Below, in pieces: positions 15,891-25,841 of a stretch of 38,439 nt of DNA; within the stretch, counting starts at the first letter, position 1, and the number at the start of each line of letters is the position of its first letter. The position numbers and the translations under genes were made by a program. The notes under the pieces are model-generated. The model did no database searches. It saw nothing but the letters and a program-made list of their open reading frames with translations, and was not told the origin of the DNA. Origin of the DNA: an uncultured Anaerolineaceae bacterium (GTDB taxonomy: Bacteria > Chloroflexota > Anaerolineae > Aggregatilineales > UBA2796); the NCBI GenBank assembly GCA_964432445.1, contig CAYSOC010000048.1, forward strand, positions 1 through 38,439. Reading direction: 5' to 3'.

Positions 15891-16786
15891 TCTGCCGCAG
15901 CCGTCGAACCGCCGAATGCTACCAGCAAGTCGGCTTCATTGAAGTATGGCCCCGGATTGTTTTCCACTGCCGCAAGATATAGCGAGGCTTGCAACAGGCT
16001 ATTGATTGCGCCACCGATCAACGTTACTGCGCCAACCAGAATGAACAGGAGCAAAAAGCCGATGGTCGTAATGAAGGAACTGCCGGAGTTTGCGCCCATC
16101 GTCGTGAGCAGGCAGCCGGGGATCGCTGCAAACACAGCAACCAGCACCGCGAGTACGCTCACCGGGCCAAGACCGCCTGCCTCTTCGCCCATCAATTGCC
16201 GGAAAATTTCGGCGCTCTTGCGCATCGAAGCGAAGAGATTCAGCTTTTCCACAACGATCACCGGGATCGCCAGATAGGTCAGGATATTCCATGCGCTGGC
16301 TACCGTTGTTCCGACCAGCGCACCAATCACCGAAATGGCGAGGTTATCTTTTGCCTTGCCGCGTGCTGAAAATTCCGCGATGAACCGTGCCACCAGCCCG
16401 ATGGTTGCCGACAATGAAGCATAGCCGATCAGCGCAGGCAAACGCTTCGCCGCCAGCGTATAGCCATCGCGTAATTCCGGCTCTTCTCCACCCAAACGGA
16501 TCAACGTGGCGCTGATCAACGCGGCATTACAATAGGTGCTGACAATATAATTTATGATGTAGAACACAATGAAAATTAGAAAAACACCGAACTGTTGCCC
16601 GAACGTCGTGCCTCTGCCCAGGTCGATATTCTCGAAGAGCCGATAACCGGAAATGAAGATGAGCATCACCAGCGCAATCCCAACATAGGCGGCCATGCCG
16701 TAGAGTGGATAGCGACTCAATACCTTATCGGCGCGCAGAATGCCCAAACTTTTCCTCGCTAGTGCGATCCCTGCTTTGATGTCCAT
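15887..16786 (-). CDS. Polytopic membrane protein of unknown function (glycine-rich TM helices)
   Basis: About 6-7 hydrophobic segments (YVGIALVMLIFISG, FGVFLIFIVFYIINYIV, LAVLVAVFAAIPGCLL, IGFLLLFILVGAVTLIGGAI). No recognisable catalytic motif. Confidence 0.5.
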   Translation of the reverse strand: MDIKAGIALARKSLGILRADKVLSRYPLYGMAAYVGIALVMLIFISGYRLFENIDLGRGTTFGQQFGVFLIFIVFYIINYIVSTYCNAALISATLIRLGGEEPELRDGYTLAAKRLPALIGYASLSATIGLVARFIAEFSARGKAKDNLAISVIGALVGTTVASAWNILTYLAIPVIVVEKLNLFASMRKSAEIFRQLMGEEAGGLGPVSVLAVLVAVFAAIPGCLLTTMGANSGSSFITTIGFLLLFILVGAVTLIGGAINSLLQASLYLAAVENNPGPYFNEADLLVAFGGSTAAAE

Positions 16787-16908
16787 AATTGCCCCTTGAA
16801 ATTGTGCATAAAATTACCGCAAAAGGTTAGGATAGATCAACGATACTATGAAGCAAAGCAACTGAAACTTACATACAATTCGTATTTTAATAACAAAAGG
16901 ACTTTTAA

Positions 16909-19569
16909 ATGAATCAGGATGCCGAACGTCAACGCCTGCACGAAGCACGCGAGGGAACCGCACACTGGAAGCACTGGGGGCCATATCTCAGCGAACGGGC
17001 CTGGGGTACGGTGCGTGAGGATTACAGCGCGAGTGGCGATGCGTGGAATTACTTCCCGCACGATCACGCCCGCAGCCGTGCCTATCGCTGGAATGAAGAC
17101 GGGCTGGCGGGCATCTCTGATCAGAATAGCTATCTGTGTTTTGCGGTAGCGCTCTGGAACGAACATGATCCGATCCTGAAAGAGCGCCTGTTTGGGCTGA
17201 CCGGGACAGAAGGCAATCACGGTGAGGATGTGAAGGAATATTATTTTTATCTGGATAGCACGCCGACGCATTCCTACATGAAAATGCTGTATAAGTATCC
17301 ACAGGCGGCATATCCCTACGCAGATTTGCTGAATGCCAGCCGTGCGCGTGGCTACCACGATCCCGAATTTGAATTACTCGATACAGGGATTTTCAGGAAT
17401 AATCGCTATTTTGATGTTTTTATCGAATATGCAAAGGCCGCACCAAACGATATTTTAATTCGGATTCAAGTCAGCAATCGTGGAGATACACCTGCCCCAA
17501 TTCATATTCTGCCGACACTGTGGTTTCGCAATACATGGAGTTGGGGCTATCCCGACGGCCCGATGCTGGATGTACCCAGCAAACCGAGGTTACAGCGTGC
17601 GGAAAATAGTATTCATGCCGATCATCCTGTTGTCGGGAAATATATGTTGTATATGGAAGACAGCCCGGAACTGCTCTTCACGGAGAACGAAACCAACCGC
17701 GAACGGCTCTATGGTGTCCCCAACGACTCGCCTTATGTGAAGGATTCTTTCCATCGTTATATCGTCAATGGCGAACAGGGCGCGATCAACCCCGCACAAC
17801 AGGGTACAAAAGCCACCGCACATTATCTATCAAGTATCCCGCCGGGTGAAACGATGACGCTCCGTTTGCGCCTGAAACATCAACATGAGCCGACGAATGC
17901 ACAGGCCGATCCGTTTCAGGATTTCGATCAGGTTTTCGCGTTGCGAGTGAGCGAAGCCGATAAATTCTATGAACGCTTGCAGCCCGCCACACTCACACCA
18001 GATGAAAAATCGGTACAACGACAGGCATATGCCGGGATGCTCTGGTCGAAGCAGCTTTTTTACTACGATGTGTTGCAATGGCTGGAAGGCGATCCCGGTG
18101 CGCCGCCACCACCACAAGAGCGCAAACATGGACGCAACGCGCAATGGGCGCACCTGAATAACTTCGATGTGATCTCGATGCCGGACAAATGGGAATATCC
18201 CTGGTATGCGTGCTGGGATTTGGCGTTCCATTGCATCCCATTGGTGGAAATTGACCCGGATTTTGCGAAGGACCAACTGCTCATTTTCACCCGCGAATGG
18301 TTTATGCACCCGAATGGACAACTCCCCGCCTATGAGTGGTCGTTGGGTGATGTGAATCCGCCAGTTCATGCGTGGGCAACATGGCGCGTCTACAAAATCG
18401 ACGCCAGGCATCGGGACAAACCGGATCGTGCATTTCTGGAGCGCATCTTTCATAAACTGCTGCTCAACTTTACGTGGTGGGTGAATCGCAAGGATGCAGA
18501 CGGGCGCGATATATTTTCCGGTGGCTTTCTCGGCCTGGATAACATCAGCGTGTTTGATCGCAGTGCGCCGCTACCGACAGGGGGACATCTCGATCAATCC
18601 GACGCAACTGCATGGATGGGCTTCTATAGCCTGATCATGATGCGGATTGCGCTGGAACTGGCGCAGGAAGAACCGATCTATCAGGATAGCGCTACAAAAT
18701 TCTTCGAGCATTTCCTGCGCATCGCCAACGCGGTGACGGCTGGAAATCATTCATTATGGGATGAACAGGATGGCTTCTTCTACGATGTGTTAAACGTGCC
18801 GAATAGTCCACCATTTCCGTTGCGGGTGCGCTCCCTCGTCGGGTTGATGGCATTGCTGGCGGTAGAAACACTGGAACCGCATATTTTCAGCAACTTTACC
18901 CATTTTGCGACAGGAATTCACTGGTTGATGAAGCACCGCCCGCAGTGGACGACCAATATCACCAGCGTTCAAACGTCGGATGACCTGAATCGCGGGTTGA
19001 TTTCATTCCTGAGCAAGGATCGGATGATTCGCATCCTGCGCTATATGCTGGATGAAAACGAATTTCTTTCGCCCTATGGGATTCGTTCACTCTCCAGAAT
19101 TCACGAAAATAACCCGTATACATTTCATGCCGCCGGGTCTGCGCTCACAGTGAACTATCAGCCCGCTGAATCGCAAAATGGACTGTTTGGCGGTAATTCC
19201 AACTGGCGCGGGCCGATCTGGTTTCCGATCAACTACCTTCTGATCGAGGCACTCCAGAAATATCATCATTTCTATGGCGATGAATTGAAAGTCGAGTGTC
19301 CTACTGGTTCAGGAAACATGATGACACTGGGGCAGGTAGCGCACGAATTATCTATGCGCCTGCGCAAGTTGTTTCTGCGCGATGCTACAGGCAAGCGTCC
19401 GATCTATGGCGGCGTTGAAACCCTGCAAAGCGATCCGCTGTGGCGCGACTATGTGTTATTCCACGAATATTTTCATGGCGACAATGGGGCAGGTCTGGGC
19501 GCAAGCCATCAAACAGGCTGGACGGGACTGGTTGCACGGTTGTTCCAGCAATCGGAGAGGCGCGACTAA
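16909..19569 (+). CDS. Large six-hairpin glycoside hydrolase, GH63-like (bacterial MGH1 / alpha-glucosidase-like family)
   Basis: The N-terminus ([47 protein letters not shown]) is the kind I associate with bacterial GH63-family glucosidases of about 880 aa. Acidic/aromatic motifs ([36 protein letters not shown]) are typical of (alpha/alpha)6 glycosidases. Confidence 0.55.
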   Translation: MNQDAERQRLHEAREGTAHWKHWGPYLSERAWGTVREDYSASGDAWNYFPHDHARSRAYRWNEDGLAGISDQNSYLCFAVALWNEHDPILKERLFGLTGTEGNHGEDVKEYYFYLDSTPTHSYMKMLYKYPQAAYPYADLLNASRARGYHDPEFELLDTGIFRNNRYFDVFIEYAKAAPNDILIRIQVSNRGDTPAPIHILPTLWFRNTWSWGYPDGPMLDVPSKPRLQRAENSIHADHPVVGKYMLYMEDSPELLFTENETNRERLYGVPNDSPYVKDSFHRYIVNGEQGAINPAQQGTKATAHYLSSIPPGETMTLRLRLKHQHEPTNAQADPFQDFDQVFALRVSEADKFYERLQPATLTPDEKSVQRQAYAGMLWSKQLFYYDVLQWLEGDPGAPPPPQERKHGRNAQWAHLNNFDVISMPDKWEYPWYACWDLAFHCIPLVEIDPDFAKDQLLIFTREWFMHPNGQLPAYEWSLGDVNPPVHAWATWRVYKIDARHRDKPDRAFLERIFHKLLLNFTWWVNRKDADGRDIFSGGFLGLDNISVFDRSAPLPTGGHLDQSDATAWMGFYSLIMMRIALELAQEEPIYQDSATKFFEHFLRIANAVTAGNHSLWDEQDGFFYDVLNVPNSPPFPLRVRSLVGLMALLAVETLEPHIFSNFTHFATGIHWLMKHRPQWTTNITSVQTSDDLNRGLISFLSKDRMIRILRYMLDENEFLSPYGIRSLSRIHENNPYTFHAAGSALTVNYQPAESQNGLFGGNSNWRGPIWFPINYLLIEALQKYHHFYGDELKVECPTGSGNMMTLGQVAHELSMRLRKLFLRDATGKRPIYGGVETLQSDPLWRDYVLFHEYFHGDNGAGLGASHQTGWTGLVARLFQQSERRD

Positions 19570-19619
19570 TCGCCAGAAGCGCTAAAATAGAGGTGTGAAA
19601 AGCTCAATGGGAAGCGTTC

Positions 19620-20639
19620 ATGTTGACACTTTTTCTGGGCGGCGTTTCGCTCTGGCTTGGCGCATATCTGCTCAATCGTCGCCCGCTTACGCGACTACTT
19701 GCCCTGCAAGGGGACGTACTTATCCTTTGCGCCATTGCGCTTGCAGTGGATTCGATTCTACGCGCCGATCTTACGCTTAATTTGATTCTGGCTGTTCCAG
19801 TTTTTTTGTTGGTTGGCGGCGGGGTTTGGCTTCACCATCGGGACGCGCGGCAGCGGGATGAAAACGTCTGGTTGCCACTAACCCGTTCCTTCGATGGCGC
19901 ATTTTTCACGGCGTTTCTCTTCGGCGCACAGATTGTGCTGTTTTCGAGCGTTTTGCCTGCCGAAACACAATCCAGCCGTACCGTACCCCTAATCGCGCTT
20001 CTGTTTGGCGTGATGGCGGCGGCAATCCTGATTCAAACCCTTTCCGGGCGTGTCCAGAGTGCGTTTGATGCGTTCGCGTTTGCCTTCCTGCCATTGCTCA
20101 CGCGCCAACAGATGAAGCAGTCGCGGACTGATTTGCGCGAGGCAATCGAGGAAATCCCCAAAGCACCACCCCCCGTCGCGGAACTTACCACGCTGGATGA
20201 AGCCGAATTTGCAAAGTTGACACGCCGCGCCCTCAGTAGCATGACCGACCTGCCAAAACTTGCGGTGAGTCCCCTGGTAGAACTGCCGATCATCGATCAG
20301 CGGTTGACCCAGCGCGGCGCGCGGCGTGATGCCCTGGAACGCACCGTCGAACTGAAACGTTTGCTGGTTGAGATGATCAGTCGGCTCAAACCGGAAGGGG
20401 AAGCGTCTTTTGGGACAAGCAGCGAATGGCGGCACTATAATGCGCTCTATTTTCCATACGTTGCAGGAATCAAACCCTATGCACGCTTGAACGGCGAAAA
20501 GGATACGCTTGAGCCGGATCAATGGCAGGCGTTGATGTGGTTTCAGCGCGAAGTACCAGAACGCACGCTGTATAACTGGCAGGGCGCAGCCGCCAAACTT
20601 ATTGCACACGAATTACGAAACGAATTGAGCGATTCATAG
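19620..20639 (+). CDS. Hypothetical membrane protein (N-terminal 4-5 TM helices, cytoplasmic C-terminal domain)
   Basis: TM segments (GGVSLWLGAYLL, VLILCAIALAV, LILAVPVFLLVGGGVWL, FFTAFLFGAQIVLF, LIALLFGVMAAAILI). The C-terminal 150 aa are soluble with no family I recognise. Confidence 0.45.
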   Translation: MLTLFLGGVSLWLGAYLLNRRPLTRLLALQGDVLILCAIALAVDSILRADLTLNLILAVPVFLLVGGGVWLHHRDARQRDENVWLPLTRSFDGAFFTAFLFGAQIVLFSSVLPAETQSSRTVPLIALLFGVMAAAILIQTLSGRVQSAFDAFAFAFLPLLTRQQMKQSRTDLREAIEEIPKAPPPVAELTTLDEAEFAKLTRRALSSMTDLPKLAVSPLVELPIIDQRLTQRGARRDALERTVELKRLLVEMISRLKPEGEASFGTSSEWRHYNALYFPYVAGIKPYARLNGEKDTLEPDQWQALMWFQREVPERTLYNWQGAAAKLIAHELRNELSDS

Positions 20640-20734
20640 CGATTTGGCAGTAATTGGCAGTGCTTTATCAGGTGATGGCAGTCAGTTTTTGCCTATGATG
20701 TGGTCATGTTCCTCTATTCTCAAGGACGAAAAAC

Positions 20735-21082
20735 ATGACTATCAACCAATGGTTAAATCTTCTGAGCGCTGTTTCGGTGTTGCTTTATGGTATCGGGGCG
20801 ATGCTTGTGCCGGGAATGATTGCCAAACTCGTACACCACGAATTGCCAGACGGACGCGGCAAGGCAGAATTTCGTATCGCGCAGGCTGGCATCTTCATTG
20901 GACTGGGACTGATGGCAGTTCTGTTACGTAACACCACCGTTTATCAATTGATGGCAGGGCTTTGGTTCGGCGCAGCAATCACTCGATTAATTGCGATTGC
21001 GCTGGATCGTCCCAAACTGACATCTGACTATCTGGGCTTTGCAGTAATGGAGTTCGCATTCGGGATTCTGGCATTGATCTGA
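20735..21082 (+). CDS. Small 4-TM membrane protein (DUF4345-like)
   Basis: 115 aa with four hydrophobic helices separated by short charged loops. Confidence 0.45.
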   Translation: MTINQWLNLLSAVSVLLYGIGAMLVPGMIAKLVHHELPDGRGKAEFRIAQAGIFIGLGLMAVLLRNTTVYQLMAGLWFGAAITRLIAIALDRPKLTSDYLGFAVMEFAFGILALI

Positions 21083-21091
21083 TTTTGACAG

Positions 21092-21128
21092 ACGCCTGAT
21101 CCGGGGGATGGATCAGGCGTGATTGTTT
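21092..21128 (+). terminator. Intrinsic terminator: 11-bp perfect stem ACGCCTGATCC / GGATCAGGCGT with a 7-nt loop, then GATTGTTTG
   Basis: Perfect inverted repeat 10 nt after the stop of the small membrane-protein gene, with a U-rich tail on the plus strand. It lies between convergent genes. Confidence 0.55.
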
Positions 21129-21129
21129 G

Positions 21130-21807
21130 CTAGAGGGTCAGTTCCAGCGATTCAGCCACGTGCGTCCCCAGACTTTCCTTCAGGAATTGCGTGATGGCAT
21201 GAACCGGAACGGCTGCGCCAACCTGTCGCCCGGTCAGGAGCGTATTGATCCCGACCAACCGTCCATTGGAATCCACCAACGGCCCGCCGGAATTACCGGG
21301 GCGTACTTTCAGGTTGATTACCACCCAGTCGCGTCCGTTGGTGATTTCCGGCAAATCCGTACCTGTACCGATGACGATCCCGCCGCTTGCTGCGCCGACC
21401 ACACCCCAGGGATGCCCAACAGCGAATACCCACTGTCCGGCTTTCAGTTTGCGAGAATCCCCCAATTGGACTGTTGGCAGGCTTTGCGTGTCAATCGAAA
21501 GTGCTGCAATGTCGCGCTCGGCGTCCATCGCCAGCAGTTTGGCAGGATGTACCGCGCCGTCGGGGAGCGTAACGGTCAACTCCGGTTCGCTGGCACGGTA
21601 TGCGCCATATGCGCGCCGGAAGCGGGGATCGCGTCCCCGGATTTCATCCAAAGCACCGACAACGTGAGCATTGGTAATGATCAATCCGTCACTGTGCCAG
21701 ATCGTACCAGCACCATTCCCCATCCCATAGTTGATGCGGACGAGGGATCGACGCACCGAGTCGATCACGTCCCCCATCTCGGAACTAAGACTACTCAGCG
21801 TAGACAT
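21130..21807 (-). CDS. Trypsin-like serine protease (HtrA-family S1C catalytic domain only, no PDZ)
   Basis: Catalytic triad context: TNAHVV (His), DIAAL (Asp), GNSGGPLVD (Ser). 225 aa. Its ATG abuts the TAA of the upstream protease gene. Confidence 0.75.
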   Translation of the reverse strand: MSTLSSLSSEMGDVIDSVRRSLVRINYGMGNGAGTIWHSDGLIITNAHVVGALDEIRGRDPRFRRAYGAYRASEPELTVTLPDGAVHPAKLLAMDAERDIAALSIDTQSLPTVQLGDSRKLKAGQWVFAVGHPWGVVGAASGGIVIGTGTDLPEITNGRDWVVINLKVRPGNSGGPLVDSNGRLVGINTLLTGRQVGAAVPVHAITQFLKESLGTHVAESLELTL

Positions 21808-22698
21808 TTATGGTCGTTCTCCAATCGTGATCGAAATTTCCTGAATCTGTCCGCCACGCACAATCTTCGCGGATACGGACGCGCCGACGCCATTTGCCGC
21901 CAGCGATGCCGCCAGATCATCCATACCGCGCACCTGTCGCCCGCCAAAGCTGACCAGCGTATCTCCGAGGAGCAAGCCACCCTTGTCCGCTGGACTATCG
22001 CTTTCTACCGAGGCGATCAACAGCGCGGTTTCCTGTCCGAGCGATTCGCGTAGCGCCGTTGGCAAACGAACTGGCTGCGCACCAACGCCCAGATAACCCT
22101 GACGTACCTTGCCGTGCTTGACCAGCGCGTCAACCACGCGGGTGAGCGTCGGAACGGGAATGGTCAGGCTAGTGTCGCGCATGGCAGAGGTATTCATCCC
22201 CACCAGATTGCCGCTGGCGTCTACCAAAGGGCCACCGGAAAAGCCAGGGAACATCTCAACATCGGTTTGGATGAAATAATCCAGATGTCCGGCGCGGCTG
22301 CTGCCATCCTGCCCAATCGCGCTAACGATGCCTAGTGTCGAAAGAACATCCTTACCCGGACGCCCCAACGCCAGCACCAGATTTCCCACGCGGAGCGACT
22401 CGAACGAAACGCGCTCAAACACGTTCAGCCCGCTGCTGCTCGTCTTGAGTTTCAGAACCGCAACATCAGTAGAGGGATCGCGCCCAACCAGCGTTGCTTC
22501 CACTGTTTCGCCGTTCGGCAGACCGACGCGGATATTTCCATCGCGCTCAACGACATGATGTGCTGTGACAATCACGCCAGATTCCCACGCAAATCCTGTC
22601 GCGGGGAGGCGGCGACGCGCTTCAATACGAACCGTGCTGCCAGAACCACGTGCTACAACGTCTGCCAAACCATTGGAAAAATCGGAAAGAGAGGTCAT
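21808..22698 (-). CDS. HtrA/DegP-family serine protease with C-terminal PDZ domain
   Basis: TAHHVV, DVAVL, GFSGGPLVD, then a PDZ-like segment (YLGVGAQPV...GDTLVSFGGRQVRGMDDLAASLA). AGGAG RBS 9 nt upstream. Coordinates include the stop codon. Confidence 0.75.
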   Translation of the reverse strand: MTSLSDFSNGLADVVARGSGSTVRIEARRRLPATGFAWESGVIVTAHHVVERDGNIRVGLPNGETVEATLVGRDPSTDVAVLKLKTSSSGLNVFERVSFESLRVGNLVLALGRPGKDVLSTLGIVSAIGQDGSSRAGHLDYFIQTDVEMFPGFSGGPLVDASGNLVGMNTSAMRDTSLTIPVPTLTRVVDALVKHGKVRQGYLGVGAQPVRLPTALRESLGQETALLIASVESDSPADKGGLLLGDTLVSFGGRQVRGMDDLAASLAANGVGASVSAKIVRGGQIQEISITIGERP

Positions 22699-22860
22699 TT
22701 CAGTTTAACTCCTGTCGAATTTCTTAACGTTGAGCATAGGATATAACAGGGCAGATTTAAGTACACCCATCATCGGTTCGGGGCAATCCTATACCAAAGA
22801 TCGGCACGCAACCGGATTCTCCCTTTCCCGTAGTAATGAGTAGACAAAAAGGAAAGCGCA

Positions 22861-23400
22861 ATGTCCAAAGATTTCAATGAATTGGAACTGCAAAACCTGC
22901 GATGGGTACAAGCGAAGGGCTGGTCACGGGATTTCAATCTGGTGAATAGCGACGGTGAAATTACGGGGACGATCAAACGTCCGCGCTGGTGGAATGATTC
23001 CTATGCCGAAGTAGATGCCCCCGGCAACCGCTGGAGTTTTCAACGGATGGGGTTCTGGCAGCGCCGGATTATCGTCAAATCGCTCGGCACGGGAAATGAG
23101 ATCGCTACCTATTTCTATGGGATGGGAAAAAACAAACTGGTACTCACAGATGGGCGCATTTTCTACTGGAAACAGGCAAATTTCTGGGGCAGCAAACACG
23201 TCTGGATGCTGGAAAATGATAAACCGATCATCGGGTTCAAGGCTGGTGGTTTCCTCTCATTCAGTGGTGAGATGGACATAGACCCCAGCGTCATTGATAT
23301 GAAATCACTGGGGTTGCTGGTCTTTATGGGCTGGTATCTGATTCTGCTGCAACGTTCGGATGCTTCATCGTCGGGAGCAGTAGTGGTAAATGTCGGCTGA
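22861..23400 (+). CDS. Hypothetical protein, possibly a tubby/scramblase-like (LURP-one-related, DUF567-like) beta-barrel with a C-terminal hydrophobic helix
   Basis: Repeated beta-strand-like segments (FNLVNSDGEITGTIK, WSFQRMGFWQRRIIVKS, KLVLTDGRIFYWKQ, VWMLENDKPIIGFK) end in a hydrophobic helix (LGLLVFMGWYLILL). The fold assignment is an inference from the pattern only. Confidence 0.35.
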   Translation: MSKDFNELELQNLRWVQAKGWSRDFNLVNSDGEITGTIKRPRWWNDSYAEVDAPGNRWSFQRMGFWQRRIIVKSLGTGNEIATYFYGMGKNKLVLTDGRIFYWKQANFWGSKHVWMLENDKPIIGFKAGGFLSFSGEMDIDPSVIDMKSLGLLVFMGWYLILLQRSDASSSGAVVVNVG

Positions 23401-23403
23401 AGA

Positions 23404-24108
23404 TTAACGCCTGTGGATCGATCCAATTCCGTGTATCCGCTTCGATACTTTTGGATCGCCCTGGTAGCTGATCACGCCCGCACCATTGATCGTTGCGTCG
23501 AGTGTTTCGGTAGCGGTAACAGCAGCACGCCCGGTTCCGCTTAATATCACTTCCGAACTGTGGCTTTCCATTCCTTCACCGGAATAGTTGCCCGCGCCGG
23601 GGATGTTTACAAATTGGCGTTCGGTCTTGCCCGTCACGCGGACGTGTGCCGCGCCGCTAATCGTAACATTCAAATCCGGGACGTTCACATCAAACGCCTC
23701 GATCATACCCGCGCCGGAAATCTGGAAGGAGTCTACCGGACATTTATGGATTTTGACCTTGCCCGCGCCGCTCACGTTCATCTGCATATGGTCAACATCC
23801 AGCGGGAACACAGTAATTTTGCCCGATCCGGTCAGGCTGATTTCTTCGAGTTTGCGCACTGTGAGGTTGTAATTGATGTCGATTGGAATATGAATGTGGA
23901 CGCGCTTCATGTCGATATAGAGTGTGCCATTCCGAACTTCTGTAGTAATTTCCGGCATCACCTCTTCAGGCGCTTCAACCATCAAGGATTCCTTATCGGA
24001 CTGCACGATAGTCAGATTTCCGAACCCTCCGAGAACAACCTTGTCGAAATCGTGGACTTCGCGCCCTTCACTAACCAGGTCGCTCACTACATTAATGTGT
24101 ACAGACAT
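23404..24108 (-). CDS. DUF2807-like (putative adhesin head / GIN-domain) beta-helix protein
   Basis: Repeats of (S/T)G(A/S)G-x-(V/I) strands (SLTGSGKITV, NVSGAGKVKI, QISGAGMIEA, TISGAAHVRV, ILSGTGRAAV, INGAGVISY) are typical of DUF2807. I place the start at the Met preceded by GGAGGAACAAA. The long ORF extends to 24138. Confidence 0.55.
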   Translation of the reverse strand: MSVHINVVSDLVSEGREVHDFDKVVLGGFGNLTIVQSDKESLMVEAPEEVMPEITTEVRNGTLYIDMKRVHIHIPIDINYNLTVRKLEEISLTGSGKITVFPLDVDHMQMNVSGAGKVKIHKCPVDSFQISGAGMIEAFDVNVPDLNVTISGAAHVRVTGKTERQFVNIPGAGNYSGEGMESHSSEVILSGTGRAAVTATETLDATINGAGVISYQGDPKVSKRIHGIGSIHRR

Positions 24109-24138
24109 TTTGTTCCTCCAAGTTGAATCGTTGATCAA

Positions 24139-24313
24139 AATAATAAACCTCGAAATTTAAAAAGTCAATCAATATTTTGAATTTTTATAAAAATTAAATG
24201 TTTCAAATTGAATTTTTGAATCAACATTCTCGATCTTCGAGATCGGTAAAAATGGTCGGGGTTGATGTACAATAGCAGGTAAACGATTTATCCAACCCTC
24301 AGGAGAAAAATTC
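24139..24313. promoter_or_regulatory. AT-rich divergent promoter region with direct repeats (TTGAATTTTT x2) and a 6-3-6 inverted repeat CGATCT-TCG-AGATCG (24231-24246)
   Basis: This is the lowest-GC stretch between divergently transcribed genes (DUF2807, M20 peptidase). The repeats were read directly from the sequence. Confidence 0.3.
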
Positions 24314-25681
24314 TTGTTCAATCGTGAAGCATTTGATCGATATGTTGCAGCGAACCGGGAACGCTTTTTGAAAGAATTTGCAGAATTTATTGCAGTACCG
24401 AGTGTCGCCGCCCAAAAACGCGAAATTGAGCCGATGGCAGAACTGTTGGCGGCGCGTTTGCGTAAACTCGGCGCAAACGTGACCGTTTTCCCGATTGAAA
24501 ACGGCAGCCCGATTGTCTACGCGGAATTGCGCGGCGAGAGCGACGATACGCTCATGATCTATAACCATTACGATGTGCAGCCGGAAGTACCGCTGGAACT
24601 GTGGAACAGTGCGCCGTTTGAATTGACCAGCAAAGATGGCATTCTATACGGGCGTGGCACAAGCGACGACAAAGGTGAATTGCTGGCACGTATCCAGGCT
24701 GTCGAGACATGGATTGCGACACACGGCAAACTGCCGGTTACTTTGAAATGGGTTGTCGAAGGCGAAGAAGAGATCAGCAGCGTTCATTTGCCGGAATGGG
24801 TGGATCAGCACCGGGATATTCTCAAAGCGGATGGCTTGCTCTGGGAAGGGGGCGGCTATGACGCAAAAGGGCGCTATAGCATGGGCATGGGCTGCAAGGG
24901 CATTGCCTACTTTGAATTGCACGCTCACGGCGCGACGATGGATTTACACTCGTCCATTGCGCCGATTGTGCCAAACCCGGCATGGCGGTTGGTACATGCA
25001 CTGGCGACGCTCAAAGACGCGAACGATAAAATCCTGATTGACGATTACGATAAGCATTTCGTGCAACCTTCCGATGAATTGCTGGCACGTCTGGACGCCG
25101 TTCCGATTGATGATATGCCGGATGATATGGCGCGGTTCGGTCTGAAAGGCTGGCTGAACGGTCTGGATGACAAAGCGGCCTATCGACGTTTGATGACCGA
25201 GCCTACCGTGACGATTTGTGGCATCGAATCCGGCTATACGCTTGGTGGTTCAAAGACCGTTTTGCCTGCCCACGCTTTCGCAAAGGTGGATTGCCGCCTT
25301 GTGCCGAATCTGACGCCACCACTGGTAAAAGACCTTTTGCGGAAACATCTGGACAAGCGCGGCTTCACGGATATTGAAATTGTTCTGCTTGGTGGTGAAG
25401 ACCCGGCAGATTCTCCCGCAAATTCGCGCGTCGAACGGGCAGCGGTGCGCGCTGGCGAAATCGCGTGGAACGCGACACCGATCCCTGTCCCGCGCATGGC
25501 GGGTAGCGGTCCGATGCACGCACTCAGTACGCACCTCGGCATCCCGACAATTTGCGGCGGCGCGACGTGGCATCCGAACGCACTGGCGCATTCGCCCAAC
25601 GAAAATATCCTCGAAAAGGATTATTTCGATACAATGCGCTTCATGGGCGCGTTGATCGATACATTTGCACAGGAGAAGTAG
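24314..25681 (+). CDS. M20-family metallopeptidase (dipeptidase / ArgE-DapE-CPG2 superfamily)
   Basis: M20 motifs HYDVQP and GRGTSDDKGEL, a dimerisation-domain insertion, and the overall 455-aa length. It has a TTG start with AGGAG 8 nt upstream. Confidence 0.75.
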   Translation: MFNREAFDRYVAANRERFLKEFAEFIAVPSVAAQKREIEPMAELLAARLRKLGANVTVFPIENGSPIVYAELRGESDDTLMIYNHYDVQPEVPLELWNSAPFELTSKDGILYGRGTSDDKGELLARIQAVETWIATHGKLPVTLKWVVEGEEEISSVHLPEWVDQHRDILKADGLLWEGGGYDAKGRYSMGMGCKGIAYFELHAHGATMDLHSSIAPIVPNPAWRLVHALATLKDANDKILIDDYDKHFVQPSDELLARLDAVPIDDMPDDMARFGLKGWLNGLDDKAAYRRLMTEPTVTICGIESGYTLGGSKTVLPAHAFAKVDCRLVPNLTPPLVKDLLRKHLDKRGFTDIEIVLLGGEDPADSPANSRVERAAVRAGEIAWNATPIPVPRMAGSGPMHALSTHLGIPTICGGATWHPNALAHSPNENILEKDYFDTMRFMGALIDTFAQEK

Positions 25682-25695
25682 GCAATGCTCTGTGT

Positions 25696-25719
25696 CCCGG
25701 CGCTGAAGCACCGGGCTAT
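25696..25719. repeat. GC-rich palindromic hairpin repeat, copy 2 (CCCGGCGC-TGAA-GCACCGGG-CTAT), 14 nt after the M20 peptidase stop
   Basis: Same family as 12097-12121, in inverted orientation. It is followed by ATCAAATTTTCT, so it may act as a terminator. Confidence 0.4.
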
Positions 25720-25841
25720 GATCAAATTTTCTGTTATGCGTGATGGTTGTTCGCTTGATCTATCAAAACAGGTTAAAAGCTGAGAGATACCGTGTTCATA
25801 GATCGAGCAAACCGATGGCAATCACAACTTTTATATCGTTC

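Noticed and set aside
20033-20609. Minus-strand ORFs (206 aa and 86 aa) inside the hypothetical membrane-protein gene
   Set aside because: They are antisense to an ORF with clear TM-helix periodicity, and their composition is atypical (Cys/Arg-rich).
20640-20700. Three GGCAGT hexamers (TTGGCAGTAATTGGCAGTGCTTTATCAGGTGATGGCAGTCAG) upstream of the small membrane-protein gene
   Set aside because: Short hexamer recurrence with irregular spacing (13 and 26 nt). It could be a binding site but is too weak to call without conservation data.
22729-22797. Possible tRNA-like sequence (GCATAGG...CCTATACC with an internal GGTTCGGGG) in the spacer upstream of the hypothetical gene at 22861
   Set aside because: The acceptor-stem candidate has a mismatch. 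There is no canonical D-loop and no T-loop (GTTCRANYC) with a paired T-stem, so it cannot fold into a cloverleaf of normal dimensions.
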